Of a stretch of DNA of 64,000 bases, positions 1-10,224 are shown piece by piece. The position numbers were made by a program, and so were the translations under genes. The DNA is from Syntrophomonadaceae bacterium (GTDB taxonomy: Bacteria; Bacillota; Dethiobacteria; DTU022), in contig SKOR01000044.1 of assembly GCA_007119965.1 (NCBI GenBank), positions 8,270 to 72,269 on the forward strand, written 5' to 3'. The notes beneath the pieces are model-generated. The model did not search any database and was not told the origin of the DNA. It worked only from the letters and a program-made list of their open reading frames with translations. How positions within the stretch are numbered: the first letter of the stretch is position 1; each line of letters starts with the position of its first letter.

Positions 1-1015
1 TAAAATATTCAACAGCAGCGGTTTTAAACTGTCTGATAAGTTTGAAGAAAAAATTGAGGAAATATATTTCGGCGATCAGGGCGCAGTGCCCCGTCCGGAA
101 GGCGTTGAACTTGGCCAGGCCCTGATTGACGGCGATGCCCTGGAGATCTATTTAAACCACCTTAAGGGCAGTTCTGCTTCCCTCGATGGGTTGAGCCTGG
201 TAGTCGACTGTGCCCACGGCGCAGCCTGCAGGGTCGCCGGTGAAGTGCTCCGGGACCTGGGCGCGGAAGTGAAAATGCTTCATGATAACCCTGACGGCAG
301 TTTGATAAACGTTAACTGCGGGGCTACCGATACAGCTGACCTGCAGCGCTCGGTAAAAGAGAGCGGGGCGTCAGCGGGCCTTGCTTTTGATGGCGACGCT
401 GATCGCCTTATCGCTGTCGATGAAAAAGGGGCAATCGTTGACGGTGATGCAGTGATGGCAATTTGTGCCGTTGATATGGCTGGTAAAGGACTGCTTAAAA
501 ATAACACCCTGGTTGCTACTGTTATGAGCAACGGCGGCCTCGACATACTGGCTGAAAAAGAAGGTTTTAAAGTGATCAGGACCACGGTCGGGGACCGCTA
601 TGTTTTAGAGAAAATGGTTGAAGGCAGCTATAATCTTGGCGGAGAGCAGTCCGGGCATGTTATCTTTTCCGATTACGCCACTACAGGCGACGGCCTGCTT
701 ACGGCTTTACAGCTTTTAAAAGTGCTGCAGGAAAAGCAGCGGCCTCTCTCCGAGCTGGCATCCCTGATCGAGCGCCTGCCCCAGGTACTGGTAAACCGCA
801 AAGTTGCAACAAAAGAAGGCTGGTCGGATAACCCGAAAATAAAGGCTGCTATTGAAAAGGTAGAAGAAAAGCTGGGCCGAAATGGCCGCGTTCTTATCCG
901 CCCGTCGGGAACCGAACCTAAATTCAGGGTCATGCTCGAAGCAGACCTGCCTGAAGCGCAGCTCGAAGAGTATGCCACCGAGGTGGCGGAAGTGATCGTT
1001 AGAGAGCAATCTTAA
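1..1015 (+). CDS. glmM: phosphoglucosamine mutase GlmM, 5'-truncated at window edge (C-terminal ~340 aa)
   Basis: The reading frame is open from base 2 and continues the ORF reported at 86..1015. The translation contains GlmM hallmarks: 'GGDGFKLSD'-like 'SSGFKLSDKFEE', 'LAFDGDADRLIAVDEKG', 'GGEQSGHVIF' and 'RPSGTEP'. The stop is TAA at 1013-1015. Confidence 0.9.
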   Translation, partial: KIFNSSGFKLSDKFEEKIEEIYFGDQGAVPRPEGVELGQALIDGDALEIYLNHLKGSSASLDGLSLVVDCAHGAACRVAGEVLRDLGAEVKMLHDNPDGSLINVNCGATDTADLQRSVKESGASAGLAFDGDADRLIAVDEKGAIVDGDAVMAICAVDMAGKGLLKNNTLVATVMSNGGLDILAEKEGFKVIRTTVGDRYVLEKMVEGSYNLGGEQSGHVIFSDYATTGDGLLTALQLLKVLQEKQRPLSELASLIERLPQVLVNRKVATKEGWSDNPKIKAAIEKVEEKLGRNGRVLIRPSGTEPKFRVMLEADLPEAQLEEYATEVAEVIVREQS

Positions 1016-1158
1016 CTATATTGTTATAAGGGTTAACAGGATAAAAGGCAATGGGCAGGTTTTTTAGCGAGGGTTATAAATAATCCCCTGCTTTGGTTAA
1101 TGTGCTATCAGCTATCCAAAACATATTATGATCTGTTATTACAATTGGGGGACTGTTT

Positions 1159-2997
1159 ATGTGTGGCATCGTCGGCTACGCCGGAAGCAAAGAAGTTAAC
1201 GCTATACTAATTGATGGTTTAAAAAAGCTGGAATACCGCGGTTATGATTCAGCAGGTATCGCCCTGCAGCATGATGGAAAGCTTTTGATCAGCAAGGCGG
1301 CCGGATCAGTGGCCGATTTGGAAAAAACGCTTACAGGGCAGGAAAATGCGGTAACTGTTGGAATTGGCCATACCCGCTGGGCTACACACGGACGCCCTAC
1401 AGACGAAAACGCCCACCCGCACAGCAGCTGCTGTGAAGAAATCGCCATAGTCCATAATGGAATAATTGAAAACCACAGCGCCCTGCGCCAGTGGTTAACA
1501 GAGGAAGCGGGCCATACGTTCCGCTCGGAAACCGATACCGAGGTTCTGGCCCACCTGATCGAGGATTATTATGACGGTGATCTGCTTGAAGCAATGCGTA
1601 AAGCAGTAAGCAGGGCTGAAGGTTCCTACGCCCTGGTTGCTATTTCTTCCCGTGAACCCGGCCGCCTTGTCTGCGCCCGGCAGGACAGCCCCCTGATTGT
1701 CGGCCTCGGTGACGGGGAAAACCTGATTGCCTCCGACATCCCGGCCTTGCTGGCCCATACCCGCAGCACCAAGGTTTTGGAAGACGGCGAATTTGCCTCG
1801 ATCAGTGCAGACGGGGTAGAAATCTTTGATGCTGACGGAAAGCCGGTAGATAAAGAAATACTTGAAATTACCTGGGATATTGAAGCGGCAGAAAAAGGCG
1901 GTTATGATCATTTCATGCTCAAGGAGATCATGGAGCAGCCTGCTGCCGTCAGGGAAACCCTTCGCCAGCGTATTGATTCTGTTAACGGCAAAGTGACCTT
2001 AAGCGAGCTCGGGTTTACTGCAGAAGAGCTAAACCGGCTGGAAAAGATCCATATCATTGCCTGCGGAACCGCATACCATGCCGGCCTTCTCGGTAAAGCG
2101 GTAATTGAAAAAATAGCGAACGTTTCTGTTGAAGCAGATGTCGCCTCCGAGTTCCGTTACCGCGACCCGCTTTTACTGGAAAACCAGATCGCTATAGTAA
2201 TCAGCCAGTCGGGAGAAACTGCTGACACCCTGGCTGCCCTGCGCCTGGCCAGGCAAAAAGGTTTAAAAGTGCTGGCTATAACCAATGTAGTGGGCAGCTC
2301 TGTATCCCGTGAAGCCGATGAAGTCCTCTATACCTGGGCCGGGCCGGAAATTGCTGTCGCTTCGACGAAAGCTTACCTGACCCAACTGGTCTCTCTTTAC
2401 CTGGTTGCCCTGTATCTTGGCGAGGCGCGCGGCAGTATTGATGCAGAAACTTCTGCCGGTTTGATCAGCGGCCTGAAATCCCTCCCGGCGCATCTCAAGA
2501 CAATTCTTTCTGAAGATAGCGTGGTCAAACTGAGGGATTACTGCGATCACCTTTCCAAATGGGACAGCGCCTTTTTCGTCGGCCGCAATCTCGACTACCC
2601 GGTAGCCATGGAGGGGGCTCTTAAACTAAAAGAAATATCCTACATCCATGCTGAAGCATATGCTGCCGGTGAACTGAAGCACGGGCCCCTGGCCCTGATA
2701 GTTGAAGGCATCCCGGTTATCGCCCTTGTTACCCAAAAGGCGGTTTTCGATAAGACATTAAGCAACATCCAGGAAGTAAACGCCCGCGGCGGCGCGGTAT
2801 TTGCCATCACCCAGGAAGGTTTCGAAGAGGTGGCCAGGCAGGTTGAATCGGTTTTCTACCTGCCCGCGATTGATGATCTCCTGGCGCCTGTTTTAAGTGC
2901 CGTTCCGACTCAGCTTATTGCCTATTACGCTGCCCTTGCCCGGAACAGTTCAGTCGATAAACCCCGCAACCTGGCCAAAAGCGTAACCGTAGAATAA
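1159..2997 (+). CDS. glmS: glutamine--fructose-6-phosphate aminotransferase (isomerising)
   Basis: A 612-aa ORF begins MCGIVGY (N-terminal nucleophile Cys2) and has two SIS domains, ending ...VDKPRNLAKSVTVE. It sits in the classic glmM-glmS order. Confidence 0.95.
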   Translation: MCGIVGYAGSKEVNAILIDGLKKLEYRGYDSAGIALQHDGKLLISKAAGSVADLEKTLTGQENAVTVGIGHTRWATHGRPTDENAHPHSSCCEEIAIVHNGIIENHSALRQWLTEEAGHTFRSETDTEVLAHLIEDYYDGDLLEAMRKAVSRAEGSYALVAISSREPGRLVCARQDSPLIVGLGDGENLIASDIPALLAHTRSTKVLEDGEFASISADGVEIFDADGKPVDKEILEITWDIEAAEKGGYDHFMLKEIMEQPAAVRETLRQRIDSVNGKVTLSELGFTAEELNRLEKIHIIACGTAYHAGLLGKAVIEKIANVSVEADVASEFRYRDPLLLENQIAIVISQSGETADTLAALRLARQKGLKVLAITNVVGSSVSREADEVLYTWAGPEIAVASTKAYLTQLVSLYLVALYLGEARGSIDAETSAGLISGLKSLPAHLKTILSEDSVVKLRDYCDHLSKWDSAFFVGRNLDYPVAMEGALKLKEISYIHAEAYAAGELKHGPLALIVEGIPVIALVTQKAVFDKTLSNIQEVNARGGAVFAITQEGFEEVARQVESVFYLPAIDDLLAPVLSAVPTQLIAYYAALARNSSVDKPRNLAKSVTVE

Positions 2998-3152
2998 TAT
3001 CAACAGAGACTTCGTGGAATAGTCATATCAGCTATTGCTTAAGCCGGGATAGAAAAGGGTTGCGGAAATAAAGAATAGAAATAGTGTTGGAATAAGTAAA
3101 TTATAATAGCTGACTCCAGTTATTTCACTTCAGGGAGAGGCGAATCTGACCG

Positions 3153-3293
3153 ATGCAGACAGCAGCCTGGTTGCTCTTTCTTGCCTGCGGCATTATCTAC
3201 CTTATTGCTTCCATTCGCGATCGCGATTTGCTGATGATTGCCGGCAGTGCCTGTTTCATAGTGGCCGTGATAATATTTCTCCTGCCGGCTTAG
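3153..3293 (+). CDS. putative 46-aa hydrophobic two-helix small membrane protein in the glnS leader region
   Basis: ATG at 3153 lies behind AGGGAGAGG at 3132-3140. The translation is MQTAAWLLFLACGIIYLIASIRDRDLLMIAGSACFIVAVIIFLLPA, ending in TAG. It is not in the ORF track because it is shorter than 60 aa. The only support is hydrophobicity and the SD. Confidence 0.3.
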   Translation: MQTAAWLLFLACGIIYLIASIRDRDLLMIAGSACFIVAVIIFLLPA

Positions 3294-3383
3294 CAGCTTA
3301 GTGATTCCGGCATTGTCTGAGCCCGCCGGCATGGGGAACTGAAGCAGAATAAACGGCGCCTGAAGATACAAAGGAGAATTGTT

Positions 3384-5090
3384 ATGACAGCGAAAAAGGA
3401 AACAGAAGGCAAAACAAATTTTATCTATACCATGATCAGGGAAGATCTTGAAAAAGGACTGCTTGAGGATCGGCCCGTTCACACCCGCTTTCCCCCGGAG
3501 CCGAACGGTTACCTCCATATCGGCCATGCCAAGGCAATCCTGTTGAATTATGGGATTGCCCGTGATTTTAAAGGCAACTTTAACCTTCGTTTCGATGATA
3601 CCAACCCGATTAAGGAAGAACAGGAATTTGTCGATTCGATTATTAATGATATTCGCTGGCTTGGGGCAGATTGGGAAGATCGCCTCTTTTTCAGCTCCGA
3701 CTATTTTGATGTAAAATACCGGTTTGCCCAGCGCCTGATTGAAGCCGGACGAGCCTATGTCTGCGATTTAAACCAGGAAGAAATCAGGGCTTACCGGGGC
3801 ACCCTGACCGAACCGGGAACCGAAAGCCCCTATCGGACCCGTTCGGCAGAAGAGAACCTCGACTTGTTCGAGCGAATGCGCAGCGGGGAGTTTGAGAGCG
3901 GCAGCCGCGTCCTCAGGGCTAAAATCGATATGGCTTCGGGCAACCTGAACATGCGCGACCCGGTAATCTACCGCATCCTCCATGCCGTCCATCACCGGAC
4001 CGGCGGCAAGTGGTGTATTTACCCGATGTATGATTTCGATCATCCATTTTCCGATGCCCTTGAGGGGATTACCCACTCGCTCTGTTCGATTGAATATACC
4101 GACCATCGCCCCCTGTATGACTGGGTCGTGGACAGCGCGGTTGAACTTATGCCTGAAGAAGTCAGGTTTCGTTCCCGCCAGACAGAATTTGCCCGCCTCA
4201 ACATGACCTATACGGTGATGAGCAAGCGCAAATTGCGCCGCCTGGTTGATGAAGGCCACGTTGAAGGCTGGGCAGATCCCCGTATGCCGACCATTGCCGG
4301 CCTGCGCAGACGGGGTATCACCCCGCAGGCCATAGCCGATTTCCAGGAGAGGGTAGGCGTATCCAGGGCGGACAGCACAGTTGATCTTGCTATGCTGGAA
4401 CACTGTATCCGCCAGGAGCTTGAAACCACGGCCCCCCGCCTGATGGCAGTGCTCGATCCGATCAAAGCGGTCATAACCAACTGGCCTGCCGGGAAAACTG
4501 AAATGTGCGAAATGGAAAACCTCCCCGGCAATGAAAGCGCCGGTACCCGCCAGGTGCCCTTCGGCAGGGAAATCTATATCGAGCGCGATGATTTCATGGA
4601 AGAACCCCCGAAGAAGTTCTTCCGCCTGGCCCCGGGCAGGGAAGTGCGTTTAAAAGGAGCCTACGTTATCTGCTGCGAGGAAGTTATTAAAGACGAGGAT
4701 GGAAATATTACCGAACTGCGCTGCACCTACGACCCGCAGACGAGAAGCGGATCTGATACAAGCGGTAAAAAAATCAAGGGTGTAATTCACTGGGTTTCAC
4801 ACGAACACGCTGCCAGGATTACGGTCAATCTATATGACAACCTCTTCACCATGGAAAATCCCGAAGGGGAGGCGGAAGTTGATTTCACCAGGAACATTAA
4901 CCCGCAGTCCCTGGTTGTCTGTGAAGATGTGCCCGCTGAACCGGCTGTTGCTGACGCAGTTCCGGGCAGCCGCTTTCAGTTCCTGCGCAAGGCATATTTC
5001 TATCTAGATCCGGAAGCCCCGGATAACGGGACGCCGGTTTTTAACCGGATTGTCCAGTTAAGGGACAGCTGGGCCAGGATGAAGAAATAG
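3384..5090 (+). CDS. glnS: glutaminyl-tRNA synthetase (class I)
   Basis: The 568-aa product has '[17 protein letters not shown]' (a HIGH motif in the GlnRS-type context, not the GluRS 'RFAPSPTG' context) and 'VMSKR' (KMSKS). The RBS is AAAGGAGAA. The stop is TAG at 5088-5090. Confidence 0.9.
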   Translation: MTAKKETEGKTNFIYTMIREDLEKGLLEDRPVHTRFPPEPNGYLHIGHAKAILLNYGIARDFKGNFNLRFDDTNPIKEEQEFVDSIINDIRWLGADWEDRLFFSSDYFDVKYRFAQRLIEAGRAYVCDLNQEEIRAYRGTLTEPGTESPYRTRSAEENLDLFERMRSGEFESGSRVLRAKIDMASGNLNMRDPVIYRILHAVHHRTGGKWCIYPMYDFDHPFSDALEGITHSLCSIEYTDHRPLYDWVVDSAVELMPEEVRFRSRQTEFARLNMTYTVMSKRKLRRLVDEGHVEGWADPRMPTIAGLRRRGITPQAIADFQERVGVSRADSTVDLAMLEHCIRQELETTAPRLMAVLDPIKAVITNWPAGKTEMCEMENLPGNESAGTRQVPFGREIYIERDDFMEEPPKKFFRLAPGREVRLKGAYVICCEEVIKDEDGNITELRCTYDPQTRSGSDTSGKKIKGVIHWVSHEHAARITVNLYDNLFTMENPEGEAEVDFTRNINPQSLVVCEDVPAEPAVADAVPGSRFQFLRKAYFYLDPEAPDNGTPVFNRIVQLRDSWARMKK

Positions 5091-5187
5091 CTAGAGCTCT
5101 CAAGCACCTCAGAAACTTACTGCCGGCTTTTTTTTCAGGAGGCCTGCTTTAAGATACATTTAATGAAAAAAGCAAGGGGGGAACAGT

Positions 5188-6582
5188 ATGGAAAAGGTAA
5201 CAGTCAGCCAGCTGGTCAGGGGTGCTGAAAAATACGCTGACCAAACGGTAAACGTAAACGGGTGGGTCCGGAACAACCGCGACCAAAAAGAATTTGGTTT
5301 TATTGCCCTGAACGACGGCACCCATTTTAACACGGTGCAGGTCGTCTACGAAAAAGAAAACCTGGGCAACTACGACCGTGTGGCCAGGCTGGGCGTCGGT
5401 TCGGCGATAAGTGTAACCGGCCGGCTGGTGCTGACCCCCGAAGCAAGGCAGGCCTTTGAAATCAAGGCAGACCGGGTAGCCCTTGAAGGCGATTCTCCTG
5501 AAGATTACCCGATCCAGCCGAAGCGGCACAGCAGGGAATTTCTGCGGGAAGTAGCCCACCTGCGCCCAAGAACCAACCTGTTTACTGCAGTCTTCAGGGT
5601 TCGCTCCATGCTGGCCTTTGCTGTTCACCAATTCTTCCAGGAAAAAGGCTTTGTTTGCCTGCATGCCCCGATCATAACTGCAAACGATGCTGAAGGGGCG
5701 GGCGAACTCTTCAGGGTAACCACCCTGGACCCCCACAATGCCCCGCTGACAGGTGACGGGAAAGCAGACTATTCCTGCGATTTTTTCGGCAAAAAAACGA
5801 ACCTGACTGTCAGCGGTCAGTTGGAAGCGGAAGCTTTTGCCCTGGCATTCAAAAATGTCTATACTTTCGGCCCAACTTTCAGGGCGGAAAACTCGAATAC
5901 CCCCCGTCATGCCGCGGAATTCTGGATGATTGAACCGGAGATTGCTTTTGCCGACTTAAACGACAACATGAACCTGGCGGAAGAAATGATCAAATACCTG
6001 ATTAGCTGCCTTCTCGAAAAAGCCGAACCCGAAATGGCCTTTTTCAGCCAGTTTGTAGACAAGGGATTGCAGGAAAGGCTGCAGGATATTGTCACTGCAG
6101 ATTTTGCCCGGATCACCTACACCGAGGCGGTCGAAAGCCTTCAAAAAGCGAAAAAGAAGTTCGAATACCCCGTTGAGTGGGGCAAAGACCTGCAGACCGA
6201 ACACGAGCGTTTCCTGACCGAAAAGATATTTCACAAACCCGTTTTCGTTTCCGATTACCCAAAAGAGATCAAGGCCTTTTACATGCGGGTAAATGATGAT
6301 CAAAAAACTGCAGCCGCCATGGACCTGTTGGTTCCCGGGGTGGGAGAAATCATCGGCGGCAGCCAGAGGGAAGAACGGGCTGATGTCCTTAAAGAACGCA
6401 TGGCAGCATTTAATATCGAACCTGAAGAACTGCAGTGGTACCTTGACCTGCGTAAATACGGCGGAGTCAAACACGCCGGTTTCGGTCTCGGCTTTGAAAG
6501 GGCTATCATGTACTTCACCGGGGTTAGCAACATCAGGGATGTAATCCCCTTCCCCAGGACAGTTAACTCCTGCGAATTCTAA
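5188..6582 (+). CDS. asnS: asparaginyl-tRNA synthetase (class IIb)
   Basis: The 464-aa product has an N-terminal OB fold, '[24 protein letters not shown]' and a C-terminal 'GGSQREER...GFGLGFER' motif 3. The RBS is AAGGGGGGAA. Confidence 0.92.
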   Translation: MEKVTVSQLVRGAEKYADQTVNVNGWVRNNRDQKEFGFIALNDGTHFNTVQVVYEKENLGNYDRVARLGVGSAISVTGRLVLTPEARQAFEIKADRVALEGDSPEDYPIQPKRHSREFLREVAHLRPRTNLFTAVFRVRSMLAFAVHQFFQEKGFVCLHAPIITANDAEGAGELFRVTTLDPHNAPLTGDGKADYSCDFFGKKTNLTVSGQLEAEAFALAFKNVYTFGPTFRAENSNTPRHAAEFWMIEPEIAFADLNDNMNLAEEMIKYLISCLLEKAEPEMAFFSQFVDKGLQERLQDIVTADFARITYTEAVESLQKAKKKFEYPVEWGKDLQTEHERFLTEKIFHKPVFVSDYPKEIKAFYMRVNDDQKTAAAMDLLVPGVGEIIGGSQREERADVLKERMAAFNIEPEELQWYLDLRKYGGVKHAGFGLGFERAIMYFTGVSNIRDVIPFPRTVNSCEF

Positions 6583-6767
6583 CCAGCACCATCTTAAGCG
6601 GCAGCGGCATATAGATACAATGCCGGTATTTTAACTGCCCGGCCAGCCGGTAGGTTTCCGGCAGCTGCAAGCGGAGCATTTCCTTGTCTTTCCCATCTCA
6701 GGAAGTGGAGTAGGTTGGGGTCCCGCGGGTCAAACCGGTTTATATAAACAATTATGGCGGACAAACT

Positions 6768-7502
6768 ATGACTGAACACTATGTAACTCACCAGGGGAAA
6801 AATATTGCCTTCACTGTTGTCAGAAAAAAGGTTAAAAACGTTAATCTCAGGGTTTGCCCCGATTCGACTGTGGTTATTTCCGCGAACAAAAAGGTCCCTT
6901 ATAGTTATATCGAGCAGCTGGTGAAGGATAAATTGCCCTGGATCATTAAAACCATGGACCATTTTGAGACTAAGCGCAGCATAAAAGGTAACCGGAAATA
7001 TATTACCGGGGAAATAATCGAATACCTGGGCAGCTATTACCCCCTGAAAGTAATCGAGGTTCCGGGCCGTGAAGAGGTGATCTTCGACAGCGGCGATTTT
7101 TTCCTTTTTGTCAGAGACGATAATGATCCAGTTTTAAAAGAGCAGCTTTTCGCGCAATGGTATAAAGATCAGGCAAAGGCATTGTTTGACCGGTCGCTGG
7201 AGAGAATGCACCCCCTGGTAGCCGGAGATGGCATTGAAAAGCCCTCAATTACAATTAGAACTATGAAAACCAGGTGGGGCTCCTGTTCCTGGAGCAGGCA
7301 AAAAATTACCTTAAATACGGAGCTGGTTAAAACCCCCCCGGAGTGTATAGACTACGTGCTGCTGCATGAACTGGCTCACTTCAAATACCATAAACACGAT
7401 GCCAGTTTCTACAGCTATTTAGCCGGACTGATGCCGGATTGGAAAGAGCGGAAACAAAGTCTTAAATCCTTCTCGGCCAATCTCTCTCTATGCCGGGGGT
7501 AG
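6768..7502 (+). CDS. YgjP/DUF45-family predicted metal-dependent hydrolase (M48-like, HExxH)
   Basis: The 244-aa product has 'WGSCSWSRQKITLNTELVKTPPECIDYVLLHELAHFKYHKHDASFY', the DUF45 signature with an HELAH zinc motif. The stop is TAG. Confidence 0.8.
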   Translation: MTEHYVTHQGKNIAFTVVRKKVKNVNLRVCPDSTVVISANKKVPYSYIEQLVKDKLPWIIKTMDHFETKRSIKGNRKYITGEIIEYLGSYYPLKVIEVPGREEVIFDSGDFFLFVRDDNDPVLKEQLFAQWYKDQAKALFDRSLERMHPLVAGDGIEKPSITIRTMKTRWGSCSWSRQKITLNTELVKTPPECIDYVLLHELAHFKYHKHDASFYSYLAGLMPDWKERKQSLKSFSANLSLCRG

Positions 7503-7539
7503 TAGTTCCCCTCTGCTTCCCATGGGTTGCAAACTGGTC

Positions 7540-8403
7540 CTATCCAAGGCAGCCCAAAATATGATTGCGCAGCTGCTTATAAGCCAGCGCCCCCGTTGTG
7601 TGTCCCTTACTGATAGTTTTTACAGGGCACTCTCCGTATGAATCCCTCTGCAGGCTGTACCTGACTAACTGGTCGTGTGCGGCCAGGAGGGGGAATACAT
7701 TACTGCTGTCCCTGTCCGCAAAGCCCTTTTCAAAGTTCAGCACAGCTTCAATTGCGGACGGGTTATTTTTTGCTTCCGGCGCAGTTGCCCTGCTGTATAC
7801 CGAATAAAGATAAGCATCGTGCATGGCCAACCCTGCCAGCAGTGGCGTATAATAGTCGGCGCTGTTATAGTGAATATGGTGGAGGTTGGTAATGAAACCG
7901 CCGAGGCTTGTCCCGGCCACAATAATTTCACCGACGCCTTTACTCCTGTTTTGCTGCACTAAGTGCTCGATCAGGCGGACAGAAACGGCCAGCATTGCTA
8001 CGACATTGGACAGGGTGCGGATACCCTGCTGAAAATCTTTCATAGACCGGTGAAATGGGGCCCTGACCAGATAAAGGTTCGCGGGGATATTTTCTTTTTT
8101 ATAAGGAAATATCCGGTTGAAGCCGTAATCAAAGGGGGTTTCGCTGGCGCCGTGATGATAGATAACAGAGGGGTGGTTCTCATCAATCCAATGGGCCAGG
8201 CGAAAAGCAGTATTCAGCTCGCCTGCCAGGGTGCCGGCTAATAATTCGTAGTCTCCTTCACCTGTAACCCGGGGGAATTCAAGCGAAATGTTCTCCAGGT
8301 TTACAGCAACACTTTCAGACTCAATACCTTCCCGAAAATACTTGGGCATGAATTTAGCCCCCAGGCCTACAGCTGCATTATCAATAATTCCATGAATGCT
8401 CAC
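7540..8403 (-). CDS. alpha/beta-hydrolase fold protein (GxSxG 'GTSLGG' nucleophile elbow)
   Basis: The 287-aa product has 'IIVAGTSLGGFITN' with downstream His/Asp candidates. It has no signal peptide. Confidence 0.6.
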   Translation of the reverse strand: MSIHGIIDNAAVGLGAKFMPKYFREGIESESVAVNLENISLEFPRVTGEGDYELLAGTLAGELNTAFRLAHWIDENHPSVIYHHGASETPFDYGFNRIFPYKKENIPANLYLVRAPFHRSMKDFQQGIRTLSNVVAMLAVSVRLIEHLVQQNRSKGVGEIIVAGTSLGGFITNLHHIHYNSADYYTPLLAGLAMHDAYLYSVYSRATAPEAKNNPSAIEAVLNFEKGFADRDSSNVFPLLAAHDQLVRYSLQRDSYGECPVKTISKGHTTGALAYKQLRNHILGCLG

Positions 8404-8474
8404 TTTACAGATCCCTCCATTTAATAAACTGTTTCCAGACTGCCGCCGGTTATCAAAACAGTGGTGCTAAAAGT

Positions 8475-9497
8475 CTATTGAAGATAAGTTCCTGCCTTAA
8501 TCTCGATAATACTCCGGTTGAACTGATCATTTTCCCTGTAGAAAGGGGTATGGGCAGACTTTTCAAAGACAACCAGGCCTTTTTGGGGTGCATCGATTAC
8601 TTTATAATACTTCTCTACCAGTTCAAGCGGAGTATTATAATCTTTTGCCCCGATCAGGAAGTAAACGGGAATTTCTGCTGCTGGAACCTGCTCAATAAAA
8701 TTGAACTGCATCATTTTGCTTTCATCGTGAAGGGGGCCACCACCCCTGGTCATGCCATCGAGCATACGGAAATAATCTATAAAGGTATACTCGGGCGCTT
8801 TGGCTGCAACCAGGGCCAATTGCCACAGCTCTACATCAAAGTTGCCGCCATAGGCAGCTACGAGCCGGGCCAGGTTCCTGTATTCATTGTGGTTGTAAGG
8901 CGGTTCACCGATTGCCTGCAGTTTACCCAAATCTTCCCGGTTATCATTCTGCTCAATTTCTTCTAACAGCCAGTTGTAGGCAATCCTTTCTGCCCTCTGG
9001 TTGTCGACAACCTGGCTCACGCCGATATAAGCATGGAACAGGTCAGGGTCTTCAGCGGCCAGTTCAATTCCCAGCAGGGTGCCCCAGGAATGCCCCAGCA
9101 GGTAAACCCTTTCCTGCCCCAAAAGATCCTGTAAGTATGCTATCAGTTCGCGGGCGTCATCCTTAAACTGTTCAACAGACATTGTCTTTATATCAAAACC
9201 GCAATGGTTCGATTTTCCCGCACCCCGCTGATCCCAGTGGACAACTACAAACTCTCTTTCCAGGCTTCGATCGAGATGGTGTGCCAGGGGCATCTGGGCC
9301 GATCCTGGCCCGCCGTGAAGCCACAACAGGACCGGGTTTGTGCGGTCCCGGCCGCGGACGGAAATCCACTGCTTCATATTCCCCAGTTCAATTTCTTCCA
9401 GGACTGCGATGCTTTCCGGGATTACATTGCCCCGGTCATCTTTGAACTGTGGAGTTGCAGGGGTAACCCCGAGGTAAAGAGCCAATGCAATTATCAA
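8475..9497 (-). CDS. prolyl aminopeptidase-like S33 alpha/beta hydrolase, secreted/lipoprotein; true start probably upstream (to ~9545, non-canonical start)
   Basis: 'LLWLHGGPGS', 'HWDQRGAGKS' and 'LLGHSWGTLLG' are proline-iminopeptidase family motifs. The frame stays open upstream of the TTG at 9497 and encodes the good signal peptide GEIIIKKLLAISAAGIALL. The only nearby start candidates are ATC/ATC/ATA at 9537-9545, directly behind GGGGAG. Confidence 0.75.
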   Translation of the reverse strand: MIIALALYLGVTPATPQFKDDRGNVIPESIAVLEEIELGNMKQWISVRGRDRTNPVLLWLHGGPGSAQMPLAHHLDRSLEREFVVVHWDQRGAGKSNHCGFDIKTMSVEQFKDDARELIAYLQDLLGQERVYLLGHSWGTLLGIELAAEDPDLFHAYIGVSQVVDNQRAERIAYNWLLEEIEQNDNREDLGKLQAIGEPPYNHNEYRNLARLVAAYGGNFDVELWQLALVAAKAPEYTFIDYFRMLDGMTRGGGPLHDESKMMQFNFIEQVPAAEIPVYFLIGAKDYNTPLELVEKYYKVIDAPQKGLVVFEKSAHTPFYRENDQFNRSIIEIKAGTYLQ

Positions 9498-9624
9498 CAG
9501 CGCTATGCCGGCGGCAGATATTGCTAAAAGTTTTTTTATGATGATCTCCCCCCGATATTGTTGTGAAACAAATTGCTTAATGGATTTCTACGGTTGTTAA
9601 TTAAGGAAGTCCAAAAAGGCCAGG

Positions 9625-9936
9625 TTACAGGAGATCTTGCACCGATTTTACTTTTTGGCTGATAGAGCTGTTTTTATCCCGCCGGTCATCGATCTTAATG
9701 CTGGTGCTGACCCGTGCCACGCCCAGGCGGAAAGGCACTTCGTGCAGGCGCCGGATCAGGGAGATGATTTGGTCCAGGTCTCCCTCGATAATTGTGCCCA
9801 TGGCAGTAAGTTCATACTTTAAGCCAGTGCTGTTTTCCCGCAGTTCCTTTTCACAGGCGGCTACGTACTGGCTCATGCTGGTACTGCCTGTTCCCAGGGG
9901 AACAATCGAAATCTCGACTACGGCCATTTTATCCAC
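9625..9936 (-). CDS. MTH1187/YkoF-family (DUF77) small thiamin/ligand-binding protein
   Basis: The 103-aa product has 'MAVVEISIVPLGTGSTSMSQYVAACEKELR...GLKYELTAMGTIIEGDLDQII', the typical family pattern. Confidence 0.75.
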   Translation of the reverse strand: MDKMAVVEISIVPLGTGSTSMSQYVAACEKELRENSTGLKYELTAMGTIIEGDLDQIISLIRRLHEVPFRLGVARVSTSIKIDDRRDKNSSISQKVKSVQDLL

Positions 9937-10224
9937 CCCCGTTAAAATTTCTTATATTATATCAAACAAATTACTGCCCGTGGGTATAAGGAATTTAATG
10001 CCGGGTAGTTCTAAGGCAACATGTTAACCAGCGCAGCCTAAACCCCCGGAAGTTGAAGCAGGAATTGATCTAAGGGCGTAGAATATAAGGTAAGGTCTGG
10101 AAGAAATAAGCATGCAATTTCTGAAATGGCTAATATTTTATTTTCAGGATTCAAATCTCTAAAGCGCTCGAGACTATTGCCCCTGAACATCCTTCCTGCC
10201 CGCTGCAGCGGTTAAAGAGGATTC

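Noticed and set aside
1016-1158. Expected glmS ribozyme in the glmM-glmS intergenic region
   Set aside because: The 143-nt spacer lacks the conserved AGCGCC...GACGAGG...GGCGGAUGCCUCCCGGCUG core blocks and is too short. No ribozyme is called.
3001-3383. T-box riboswitch leader for glnS
   Set aside because: No AGGGTGGNACCGCG T-box sequence and no recognisable specifier-loop architecture were seen.
3768-4403. 211-aa minus-strand ORF inside glnS, and 5149..5910 (-) inside asnS
   Set aside because: Both overlap well-supported aminoacyl-tRNA synthetase genes on the opposite strand and have no motifs.
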